Assembly (NCBI GenBank): GCA_964057225.1
Contig: OZ059895.1
Coordinates: 21,638,001-21,702,000 of the forward strand
Direction of reading: 5' to 3'
Source of the DNA: Auanema rhodensis
Lineage: Eukaryota > Animalia > Nematoda
DNA length: 64,000 bases
Positions 24,033-36,300 of the stretch are shown here, one piece after another. The number at the start of each line of letters is the position of its first letter. Position 1 is the first letter of the stretch. The notes under the pieces were generated by a model, which worked only from the letters and a program-made list of their open reading frames with translations, was not told the DNA's origin and searched no databases. A program made the position numbers and the translations under genes.

Positions 24033-24382
24033 TGTTAAGAAATGAGAATATTGTTAAATAGATTGATTATAGAATATTATGAATGATATTTATAACAACA
24101 AAATATCATTGAAAATAACATTTAGAAACGATTGGATTCAATTACGATGAAAGAAAAAGAAGATAAAATTGGTCTTCAAAAGAATGCTCCCTTGACAACG
24201 AAACTACCGTAATCATCTTTTGCAACCAAATTCATAATTTTGGCCTAAAAATTGTATTGTTGTTTTTTCGAAATAAAAAAAAGGAGTTTGGGATTCTGTT
24301 TTCATTTTTTGTTTGATTATTTCTATTTTTTTTATAATAAATCGTTTGCTTATTTGATCTTTTTGTTTCCTCTAATATAACT
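24033..24382 (+). repeat. 3' LTR (350 bp)
   Basis: It starts directly after the polypurine tract. I found no difference from the 5' LTR on reading by eye. Confidence 0.97.
24336..24341 (+). terminator. Candidate LTR polyadenylation signal AATAAA (also 17021-17026 in the 5' LTR)
   Basis: AATAAA lies about 40 nt before the LTR end in T-rich context. The AT-rich background weakens the call. Confidence 0.5.
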
Positions 24383-24386
24383 ACTT
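24383..24386 (+). repeat. Target-site duplication, right copy: ACTT
   Basis: ...TATAACT|ACTT|CTTGCTAAA. Monomer positions 217-220 occur twice. Confidence 0.85.
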
Positions 24387-27300
24387 CTTGCTAAATTATT
24401 TTGAAATTTTTCGAAAAAATTTTTGTCAAAATGTTTTTGGAAGCAATGTTGAGTGTACATGGAAACTCAACATACACTAATGCATCATTTTTCAAACGAT
24501 CATAACTAATTTTTGTATTGAGCGTTTCTCAATGTAGTATAGTGCATTCGATGCGGATTTTTAAGCTGCGTCGATCTGTGTTATCAGATTTGCGCTAGCT
24601 TAAAAATGCACCGAGATATCAACTGATATATGTTCACACTTATATCCTCGATTTTCACCCTGAAGAAATTATTTTTTCGTTGAATAACATTGTCCATCGT
24701 CTTTGCCTTGAAAAAAGGAATCTAAAAACATCTACTTCTTGCTAAATTATTTTGAAATTTTTCGAAAAAACTTTTGTCAAAATGTTTTTGGAAGCAATGT
24801 TGAGTGTACATGGAAACTCAACATACACTAATGCATCATTTTTCAAACGATCATAACTAATTTTTGTATTAAGCGTTTCTCAATGTAGTATAGTGCATTC
24901 GATGCGGATTTTTAAGCTGCGTCGATCTGTGTTATCAGATTTGCGCTAGCTTAAAAATGCACCGAGATATCAACTGATGTATGTTCACACGTATATCCTG
25001 GATTTTCACCCTGAAGAAATTATTTTTTCGTTGAATAACATTGTCCATCGTCTTTGCCTTGAAAAAAGGAATCTAAAAACATCTACTTCTCGCTAAATTA
25101 TTTTGAAATTTTTCGAAAAAATTTTTGTCAAAATGTTTTTGGAAGCAATGTTGAGTGTACATGGAAACTCAACATACACTAATGCATCATTTTTCAAACG
25201 ATCATAACTAATTTTTGTATTAAGCGTTTCTCAATGTAGTATAGTGCATTCGATGCGGATTTTTAAGCTGCGTCGATCTGTGTTATCAGATTTGCTCTAG
25301 CTTAAAAATGCACCGAGATATCAACTGATATATGTTCACACTTATATCCTCGATTTTCACCCTGAAGAAATTATTTTTTCGTTGAATAACATTGTCCATC
25401 GTCTTTGCCTTGAAAAAAGGAATCTAAAAACATCTACTTCTTGCTAAATTATTTTGAAATTTTTCGAAAAAATTTTTGTCAAAATGTTTTTGGAAGCAAT
25501 GTTGAGTGTACATGGAAACTCAACATACACTAATGCATCATTTTTCAAACGATCATAACTAATTTTTGTATTGAGCGTTTCTCAATGTAGTATAGTGCAT
25601 TCGATGCGGATTTTTAAGCTGCGTCGATCTGTGTTATCAGATTTGCGCTAGCTTAAAAATGCACCGAGATATCAACTGATATATGTTCACACTTATATCC
25701 TCGATTTTCACCCTGAAGAAATTATTTTTTCGTTGAATAACATTGTCCATCGTCTTTGCCTTGAAAAAAGGAATCTAAAAACATCTACTTCTTGCTAAAT
25801 TATTTTGAAATTTTTCGAAAAAATTTTTGTCAAAATGTTTTTGGAAGCAATATTGAGTGTACATGGAAACTCAACATACACTAATGCATCATTTTTCAAA
25901 CGATCATAACTAATTTTTGTATTGAGCGTTTCTCAATGTAGTATAGTGCATTCGATGCGGATTTTTAAGCTGCGTCGATCTGTGTTATCAGATTTGCGCT
26001 AGCTTAAAAATGCACCGAGATATCAACTGATATATGTTCACACTTATATCCTCGATTTTCACCCTGAAGAAATTATTTTTTCGTTGAATAACATTGTCCA
26101 TCGTCTTTGCCTTGAAAAAAGGAATCTAAAAACATCTACTTCTTGCTGAATTATTTTGAAATTTTTCGAAAAAATTTTTGTCAAAATGTTTTTGGAAGCA
26201 ATGTTGAGTGTACATGGAAACTCAACATACACTAATGCATCATTTTTCAAACGATCATAACTAATTTTTGTATTGAGCGTTTCTCGATGTAGTATAGTGC
26301 ATCCGATGCGGATTTTTAAGCTGCGTCGATCTGTGTTATCAGATTTGCGCTAGCTTAAAAATGCACCGAGATATCAACTGATATAAGTTCACACTTAGAT
26401 CCTCGATTTTCACCCTGAAGAATTAATTTTTTCGTTGAATAACAATGTCCATCGTCTTTGCTTTGAAAAAAGAAATCTAAAAACATCTACTTCTTGCTAA
26501 ATTATTTTGAAATTTTTCGAAAAAACTTTTGTCAAAATGTTTTTGGAAGCAATGTTGAGTGTACATGGAAACTCAACATACACTAATGCATCATTTTTCA
26601 AACGATCATAACTAATTTTTGTATTGAGCGTTTCTCGATGTAGTATAGTGCATCCGATGCGGATTTTTAAGCTGCGTCGATCTGTGTTATCAGATTTGCT
26701 CTAGCTTAAAAATGCACCGAGATATCAACTGATATATGTTCACACTTATATCCTCGATTTTCACCCTGAAGAAATTATTTTTTCGTTGAATAACATTGTC
26801 CATCGTCTTTGCCTTGAAAAAAGGAATCTAAAAACATCTACTTCTTGCTAAATTATTTTGAAATTTTTCGAAAAAATTTTTGTCAAAATGTTTTTGGAAG
26901 CAATGTTGAGTGTACATGGAAACTCAACATACACTAATGCATCATTTTTCAAACGATCATAACTAATTTTTGTATTGAGCGTTTCTCAATGTAGTATAGT
27001 GCATTCGATGCGGATTTTTAAGCTGCGTCGATCTGTGTTATCAGATTTGCGCTAGCTTAAAAATGCACCGAGATATCAACTGATATATGTTCACACTTAT
27101 ATCCTCGATTTTCACCCTGAAGAAATTATTTTTTCGTTGAATAACATTGTCAATGGTCTTTGCCTTGAAAAAAGGAATCTAAAAACATCTACTTCTTGCT
27201 AAATTATTTTGAAATTTTTCGAAAAAATTTTCGTCAAAATGTTTTTGGAAGCAATGTTGAGTGTACATGGAAACTCAACATACACTAATGCATCATTTTT

Positions 27301-30300
27301 CAAACGATCATAACTAATTTTTGTATTGAGCGTTTCTCAATGTAGTATAGTAAATTCGATGCGGATTTTTAAGCTGCGTCGATCTGTGTTATCAGATTTG
27401 CGCTAGCTTAAAAATGCACCGAGATATCAACTGATATAAGTTCACACTTAGATCCTCGATTTTCACCCTGAAGAATTAATTTTTTCGTTGAATAACAATG
27501 TCCATCGTCTTTGCCTTGAAAAAAGAAATCTAAAAACATCTACTTCTTGCTAAATTATTTTGAAATTTTTCGAAAAAATTTTTGTCAAAATGTTTTTGGA
27601 AGCAATGTTGAGTGTACATGGAAACTCAACATACACTAATGCATCATTTTTCAAACGATCATAACTAATTTTTGTATTGAGCGTTTCTCAATGTAGTATA
27701 GTGCATTCGATGCGGATTTTTAAGCTGCGTCGATCTGTGTTATCAGATTTGCGCTAGCTTAAAAATGCACCGAGATATCAACTGATATATGTTCACACTT
27801 ATATCCTCGATTTTCACCCTGAAGAAATTATTTTTTCGTTGAATAACATTGTCCATCGTCTTTGCCTTGAAAAAAGGAATCTAAAAACATCTACTTCTTG
27901 CTAAATTATTTTGAAATTTTTCGAAAAAATTTTTGTCAAAATGTTTTTGGAAGCAATATTGAGTGTACATGGAAACTCAACATACACTAATGCATCATTT
28001 TTCAAACGATCATAACTAATTTTTGTATTGAGCGTTTCTCAATGTAGTATAGTGCATTCGATGCGGATTTTTAAGCTGCGTCGATCTGTGTTATCAGATT
28101 TGCGCTAGCTTAAAAATGCACCGAGATATCAACTGATATATGTTCACACTTATATCCTCGATTTTCACCCTGAAGAAATTATTTTTTCGTTGAATAACAT
28201 TGTCCATCGTCTTTGCCTTGAAAAAAGGAATCTAAAAACATCTACTTCTTGCTAAATTATTTTGAAATTTTTCGAAAAAATTTTTGTCAAAATGTTTTTG
28301 GAAGCAATGTTGAGTGTACATGGAAACTCAACATACACTAATGCATCATTTTTCAAACGATCATAACTAATTTTTGTATTGAGCGTTTCTCAAAGTAGTA
28401 TAGTAAATTCGATGCGGATTTTTAAGCTGCGTCGATCTGTGTTATCAGATTTGCGCTAGCTTAAAAATGCACCGAGATATCAACTGATATAAGTTCACAC
28501 TTAGATCCTCGATTTTCACCCTGAAGAATTAATTTTTTCGTTGAATAACAATGTCCATCGTCTTTGCCTTGAAAAAAGAAATCTAAAAACATCTACTTCT
28601 TGCTAAATTATTTTGAAATTTTTCGAAAAAATTTTTGTCAAAATGTTTTTGGAAGCAATGTTGAGTGTACATGGAAACTCAACATACACTAATGCATCAT
28701 TTTTCAAACGATCATAACTAATTTTTGTATTGAGCGTTTCTCAATGTAGTATAGTGCATTCGATGCGGATTTTTAAGCTGCGTCGATCTGTGTTATCAGA
28801 TTTGCGCTAGCTTAAAAATGCACCGAGATATCAACTGATATATGTTCACACTTATATCCTCGATTTTCACCCTGAAGAAATTATTTTTTCGTTGAATAAC
28901 ATTGTCCATCGTCTTTGCCTTGAAAAAAGGAATCTAAAAACATCTACTTCTTGCTAAATTATTTTGAAATTTTTCGAAAAAATTTTTGTCAAAATGTTTT
29001 TGGAAGCAATGTTGAGTGTACATGGAAACTCAACATACACTAATGCATCATTTTTCAAACGATCATAACTAATTTTTGTATTAAGCGTTTCTCAATGTAG
29101 TATAGTGCATTCGATGCGGATTTTTAAGCTGCGTCGATCTGTGTTATCAGATTTGCGCTAGCTTAAAAATGCACCGAGATATCAACTGATATAAGTTCAC
29201 ACTTAGATCCTCGATTTTCACCCTGAAGAATTAATTTTTTCGTTGAATAACAATGTCCATCGTCTTTGCCTTGAAAAAAGAAATCTAAAAACATCTACTT
29301 TTTGCTAAATTATTTTGAAATTTTTTGAAAAAATTTTTGTCAAAATGTTTTTGGAAGCAATGTTGAGTGTACATGGAAACTCAACATACACTAATGCATC
29401 ATTTTTCAAACGATCATAACTAATTTTTGTATTAAGCGTTTCTCAATGTAGTATAGTGCATTCGATGCGGATTTTTAAGCTGCGTCGATCTGTGTTATCA
29501 GATTTGCTCTAGCTTAAAAATGCACCGAGATATCAACTGATATATGTTCACACTTATATCCTCGATTTTCACCCTGAAGAAATTATTTTTTCGTTGAATA
29601 ACATTGTCCATCGTCTTTGCCTTGAAAAAAGGAATCTAAAAACATCTACTTCTTGCTAAATTATTTTGAAATTTTTCGAAAAAATTTTTGTTAAAATGTT
29701 TTTGGAAGCAATGTTGAGTGTACATGGAAACTCAACATACACTAATGCATCATTTTTCAAACGATCATAACTAATTTTTGTATTGAGCGTTTCTCAATGT
29801 AGTATAGTGCATTCGATGCGGATTTTTAAGCTGCGTCGATCTGTATTATCAGATTTGCGCTAGCTTAAAAATGCACCGAGATATCAACTGATATATGTTC
29901 ACACTTATATCCTCGATTTTCACCCTGAAGAAATTATTTTTTCGTTGAATAACATTGTCCATCGTCTTTGCCTTGAAAAAAGGAATCTAAAAACATCTAC
30001 TTCTTGCTAAATTATTTTGAAATTTTTCAAAAAAATTTTTGTCAAAATGTTTTTGGAAGCAATGTTGAGTGTACATGGAAACTCAACATACACTAATGCA
30101 TCATTTTTCAAACGATCATAACTAATTTTTGTATTGAGCGTTTCTCAAAGTAGTATAGTAAATTCGATGCGGATTTTTAAGCTGCGTCGATCTGTGTTAT
30201 CAGATTTGCGCTAGCTTAAAAATGCACCGAGATATCAACTGATATAAGTTCACACTTAGATCCTCGATTTTCACCCTGAAGAATTAATTTTTTCGTTGAA

Positions 30301-33300
30301 TAACAATGTCCATCGTCTTTGCCTTGAAAAAAGAAATCTAAAAACATCTACTTCTTGCTAAATTATTTTGAAATTTTTCGAAAAAATTTTTGTCAAAATG
30401 TTTTTGGAAGCAATGTTGAGTGTACATGGAAACTCAACATACACTAATGCATCATTTTTCAAACGATCATAACTAATTTTTGTATTGAGCGTTTCTCAAT
30501 GTAGTATAGTGCATTCGATGCGGATTTTTAAGCTGCGTCGATCTGTGTTATCAGATTTGCGCTAGCTTAAAAATGCACCGAGATATCAACTGATATATGT
30601 TCACACTTATATCCTCGATTTTCACCCTGAAGAAATTATTTTTTCGTTGAATAACATTGTCCATCGTCTTTGCCTTGAAAAAAGGAATCTAAAAACATCT
30701 ACTTCTTGCTAAATTATTTTGAAATTTTTCGAAAAAATTTTTGTCAAAATGTTTTTGGAAGCAATGTTGAGTGTACATGGAAACTCAACATACACTAATG
30801 CATCATTTTTCAAACGATCATAACTAATTTTTGTATTAAGCGTTTCTCAATGTAGTATAGTGCATTCGATGCGGATTTTTAAGCTGCGTCGATCTGTGTT
30901 ATCAGATTTGCGCTAGCTTAAAAATGCACCGAGATATCAACTGATATAAGTTCACACTTAGATCCTCGATTTTCACCCTGAAGAATTAATTTTTTCGTTG
31001 AATAACAATGTCCATCGTCTTTGCCTTGAAAAAAGAAATCTAAAAACATCTACTTTTTGCTAAATTATTTTGAAATTTTTTGAAAAAATTTTTGTCAAAA
31101 TGTTTTTGGAAGCAATGTTGAGTGTACATGGAAACTCAACATACACTAATGCATCATTTTTCAAACGATCATAACTAATTTTTGTATTAAGCGTTTCTCA
31201 ATGTAGTATAGTGCATTCGATGCGGATTTTTAAGCTGCGTCGATCTGTGTTATCAGATTTGCTCTAGCTTAAAAATGCACCGAGATATCAACTGATATAT
31301 GTTCACACTTATATCCTCGATTTTCACCCTGAAGAAATTATTTTTTCGTTGAATAACATTGTCCATCGTCTTTGCCTTGAAAAAAGGAATCTAAAAACAT
31401 CTACTTCTTGCTAAATTATTTTGAAATTTTTCGAAAAAATTTTTGTTAAAATGTTTTTGGAAGCAATGTTGAGTGTACATGGAAACTCAACATACACTAA
31501 TGCATCATTTTTCAAACGATCATAACTAATTTTTGTATTGAGCGTTTCTCAATGTAGTATAGTGCATTCGATGCGGATTTTTAAGCTGCGTCGATCTGTA
31601 TTATCAGATTTGCGCTAGCTTAAAAATGCACCGAGATATCAACTGATATATGTTCACACTTATATCCTCGATTTTCACCCTGAAGAAATTATTTTTTCGT
31701 TGAATAACATTGTCCATCGTCTTTGCCTTGAAAAAAGGAATCTAAAAACATCTACTTCTTGCTAAATTATTTTGAAATTTTTCAAAAAAATTTTTGTCAA
31801 AATGTTTTTGGAAGCAATGTTGAGTGTACATGGAAACTCAACATACACTAATGCATCATTTTTCAAACGATCATAACTAATTTTTGTATTGAGCGTTTCT
31901 CAATGTAGTATAGTGCATTCGATGCGGATTTTTAAGCTGCGTCGATCTGTGTTATCAGATTTGCGCTAGCTTAAAAATGCACCGAGATATCAACTGATAT
32001 ATGTTCACACTTATATCCTCGATTTTCACCCTGAAGAAATTATTTTTTCGTTGAATAACATTGTCCATCGTCTTTGCCTTGAAAAAAGAAATCTAAAAAC
32101 ATCTACTTCTTGCTAAATTATTTTGAAATTTTTCGAAAAAATTTTTGTCAAAATGTTTTTGGAAGCAATGTTGAGTGTACATGGAAACTCAACATACACT
32201 AATGCATCATTTTTCAAACGATCATAACTAATTTTTGTATTGAGCGTTTCTCAATGTAGTATAGTGCATTCGATGCGGATTTTTAAGCTGCGTCGATCTG
32301 TGTTATCAGATTTGCTCTAGCTTAAAAATGCACCGAGATATCAACTGATATATGTTCACACTTATATCCTCGATTTTCACCCTGAAGAAATTATTTTTTC
32401 GTTGAATAACATTGTCCATCGTCTTTGCCTTGAAAAAAGAAATCTAAAAACATCTACTTCTTGCTAAATTATTTTGAAATTTTTCGAAAAAATTTTTGTC
32501 AAAATGTTTTTGGAAGCAATGTTGAGTGTACATGGAAACTCAACATACACTAATGCATCATTTTTCAAACGATCATAACTAATTTTTGTATTGAGCGTTT
32601 CTCAATGTAGTATAGTGCATTCGATGCGGATTTTTAAGCTGCGTCGATCTGTGTTATCAGATTTGCTCTAGCTTAAAAATGCACCGAGATATCAACTGAT
32701 ATAAGTTCACACTTAGATCCTCGATTTTCACCCTGAAGAATTAATTTTTTCGTTGAATAACATTGTCCATCGTCTTTGCCTTGAAAAAAGAAATCTAAAA
32801 ACATCTACTTCTTGCTAAATTATTTTGAAATTTTTCGAAAAAATTTTTGTCAAAATGTTTTTGGAAGCAATGTTGAGTGTACATGGAAACTCAACATACA
32901 CTAATGCATCATTTTTCAAACGATCATAACTAATTTTTGTATTGAGCGTTTCTCAATGTAGTATAGTGCATTCGATGCGGATTTTTAAGCTGCGTCGATC
33001 TGTGTTATAAGATTTGCGCTAGCTTAAAAATGCACCGAGATATCAACTGATATATGTTCACACTTATATCCTCGATTTTCACCCTGAAGAAATTATTTTT
33101 TCGTTGAATAACATTGTCCATCGTCTTTGCCTTGAAAAAAGGAATCTAAAAACATCTACTTCTTGCTAAATTATTTTGAAATTTTTCGAAAAAATTTTTG
33201 TTAAAATGTTTTTGGAAGCAATGTTGAGTGTACATGGAAACTCAACATACACTAATGCATCATTTTTCAAACGATCATAACTAATTTTTGTATTGAGCGT

Positions 33301-36300
33301 TTCTCAATGTAGTATAGTGCATTCGATGCGGATTTTTAAGCTGCGTCGATCTGTATTATCAGATTTGCGCTAGCTTAAAAATGCACCGAGATATCAACTG
33401 ATATATGTTCACACTTATATCCTCGATTTTCACCCTGAAGAAATTATTTTTTCGTTGAATAACATTGTCCATCGTCTTTGCCTTGAAAAAAGGAATCTAA
33501 AAACATCTACTTCTTGCTAAATTATTTTGAAATTTTTCAAAAAAATTTTTGTCAAAATGTTTTTGGAAGCAATGTTGAGTGTACATGGAAACTCAACATA
33601 CACTAATGCATCATTTTTCAAACGATCATAACTAATTTTTGTATTGAGCGTTTCTCAATGTAGTATAGTGCATTCGATGCGGATTTTTAAGCTGCGTCGA
33701 TCTGTGTTATCAGATTTGCGCTAGCTTAAAAATGCACCGAGATATCAACTGATATATGTTCACACTTATATCCTCGATTTTCACCCTGAAGAAATTATTT
33801 TTTCGTTGAATAACATTGTCCATCGTCTTTGCCTTGAAAAAAGAAATCTAAAAACATCTACTTCTTGCTAAATTATTTTGAAATTTTTCGAAAAAATTTT
33901 TGTCAAAATGTTTTTGGAAGCAATGTTGAGTGTACATGGAAACTCAACATACACTAATGCATCATTTTTCAAACGATCATAACTAATTTTTGTATTGAGC
34001 GTTTCTCAATGTAGTATAGTGCATTCGATGCGGATTTTTAAGCTGCGTCGATCTGTGTTATCAGATTTGCTCTAGCTTAAAAATGCACCGAGATATCAAC
34101 TGATATATGTTCACACTTATATCCTCGATTTTCACCCTGAAGAAATTATTTTTTCGTTGAATAACATTGTCCATCGTCTTTGCCTTGAAAAAAGAAATCT
34201 AAAAACATCTACTTCTTGCTAAATTATTTTGAAATTTTTCGAAAAAATTTTTGTCAAAATGTTTTTGGAAGCAATGTTGAGTGTACATGGAAACTCAACA
34301 TACACTAATGCATCATTTTTCAAACGATCATAACTAATTTTTGTATTGAGCGTTTCTCAATGTAGTATAGTGCATTCGATGCGGATTTTTAAGCTGCGTC
34401 GATCTGTGTTATCAGATTTGCTCTAGCTTAAAAATGCACCGAGATATCAACTGATATAAGTTCACACTTAGATCCTCGATTTTCACCCTGAAGAATTAAT
34501 TTTTTCGTTGAATAACAATGTCCATCGTCTTTGCCTTGAAAAAAGAAATCTAAAAACATCTACTTCTTGCTAAATTATTTTGAAATTTTTCGAAAAAATT
34601 TTTGTCAAAATGTTTTTGGAAGCAATGTTGAGTGTACATGGAAACTCAACATACACTAATGCATCATTTTTCAAACGATCATAACTAATTTTTGTATTGA
34701 GCGTTTCTCAATGTAGTATAGTGCATTCGATGCGGATTTTTAAGCTGCGTCGATCTGTATTATCAGATTTGCGCTAGCTTAAAAATGCACCGAGATATCA
34801 ACTGATATATGTTCACACTTATATCCTCGATTTTCACCCTGAAGAAATTATTTTTTCGTTGAATAACATTGTCCATCGTCTTTGCCTTGAAAAAAGGAAT
34901 CTAAAAACATCTACTTCTTGCTAAATTATTTTGAAATTTTTCAAAAAAATTTTTGTCAAAATGTTTTTGGAAGCAATGTTGAGTGTACATGGAAACTCAA
35001 CATACACTAATGCATCATTTTTCAAACGATCATAACTAATTTTTGTATTGAGCGTTTCTCAATGTAGTATAGTGCATTCGATGCGGATTTTTAAGCTGCG
35101 TCGATCTGTGTTATCAGATTTGCGCTAGCTTAAAAATGCACCGAGATATCAACTGATATATGTTCACACTTATATCCTCGATTTTCACCCTGAAGAAATT
35201 ATTTTTTCGTTGAATAACATTGTCCATCGTCTTTGCCTTGAAAAAAGAAATCTAAAAACATCTACTTCTTGCTAAATTATTTTGAAATTTTTCGAAAAAA
35301 TTTTTGTCAAAATGTTTTTGGAAGCAATGTTGAGTGTACATGGAAACTCAACATACACTAATGCATCATTTTTCAAACGATCATAACTAATTTTTGTATT
35401 GAGCGTTTCTCAATGTAGTATAGTGCATTCGATGCGGATTTTTAAGCTGCGTCGATCTGTGTTATCAGATTTGCTCTAGCTTAAAAATGCACCGAGATAT
35501 CAACTGATATATGTTCACACTTATATCCTCGATTTTCACCCTGAAGAAATTATTTTTTCGTTGAATAACATTGTCCATCGTCTTTGCCTTGAAAAAAGAA
35601 ATCTAAAAACATCTACTTCTTGCTAAATTATTTTGAAATTTTTCGAAAAAATTTTTGTCAAAATGTTTTTGGAAGCAATGTTGAGTGTACATGGAAACTC
35701 AACATACACTAATGCATCATTTTTCAAACGATCATAACTAATTTTTGTATTGAGCGTTTCTCAATGTAGTATAGTGCATTCGATGCGGATTTTTAAGCTG
35801 CGTCGATCTGTGTTATCAGATTTGCTCTAGCTTAAAAATGCACCGAGATATCAACTGATATAAGTTCACACTTAGATCCTCGATTTTCACCCTGAAGAAA
35901 TTATTTTTTCGTTGAATCACATTGTCCATCGTCTTTGCCTTGAAAAAAGGAATCTAAAAACATCTACTTCTTGCTAAATTATTTTGAAATTTTTCGAAAA
36001 AATTTTTGTCAAAATGTTTTTGGAAGCAATGTTGAGTGTACATGGAAACTCAACATACACTAATGCATCATTTTTCAAACGATCATAACTAATTTTTGTA
36101 TTAAGCGTTTCTCAATGTAGTATAGTGCATTCGATGCGGATTTTTAAGCTGCGTCGATCTGTGTTATCAGATTTGCTCTAGCTTAAAAATGCACCGAGAT
36201 ATCAACTGATATATGTTCACACTTATATCCTCGATTTTCACCCTGAAGAAATTATTTTTTCGTTGAATAACATTGTCCATCGTCTTTGCCTTGAAAAAAG

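Larger units (their letters stand above)
16718..24382 (+). mobile_element. Full-length Ty3/gypsy (Metaviridae) LTR retrotransposon, Cer1-like, 7665 bp
   Basis: It has two direct LTRs, PBS, PPT, a target-site duplication and an intact ORF with the gypsy domain order PR-RT-RH-IN. The Cer1-like call is inferred from the single ORF, the tRNA-Pro PBS and the long post-integrase extension. Confidence 0.98.

Noticed and set aside
26059-26250. 63-aa minus-strand ORF in the satellite; 351 bp is also divisible by 3 (117 codons)
   Set aside because: The ORF arises from one substitution (GCTAAA to GCTGAA near 26148) that removes a stop in a single monomer. Other monomers keep the stop and the frame has more stops downstream, so this is not a coding repeat.
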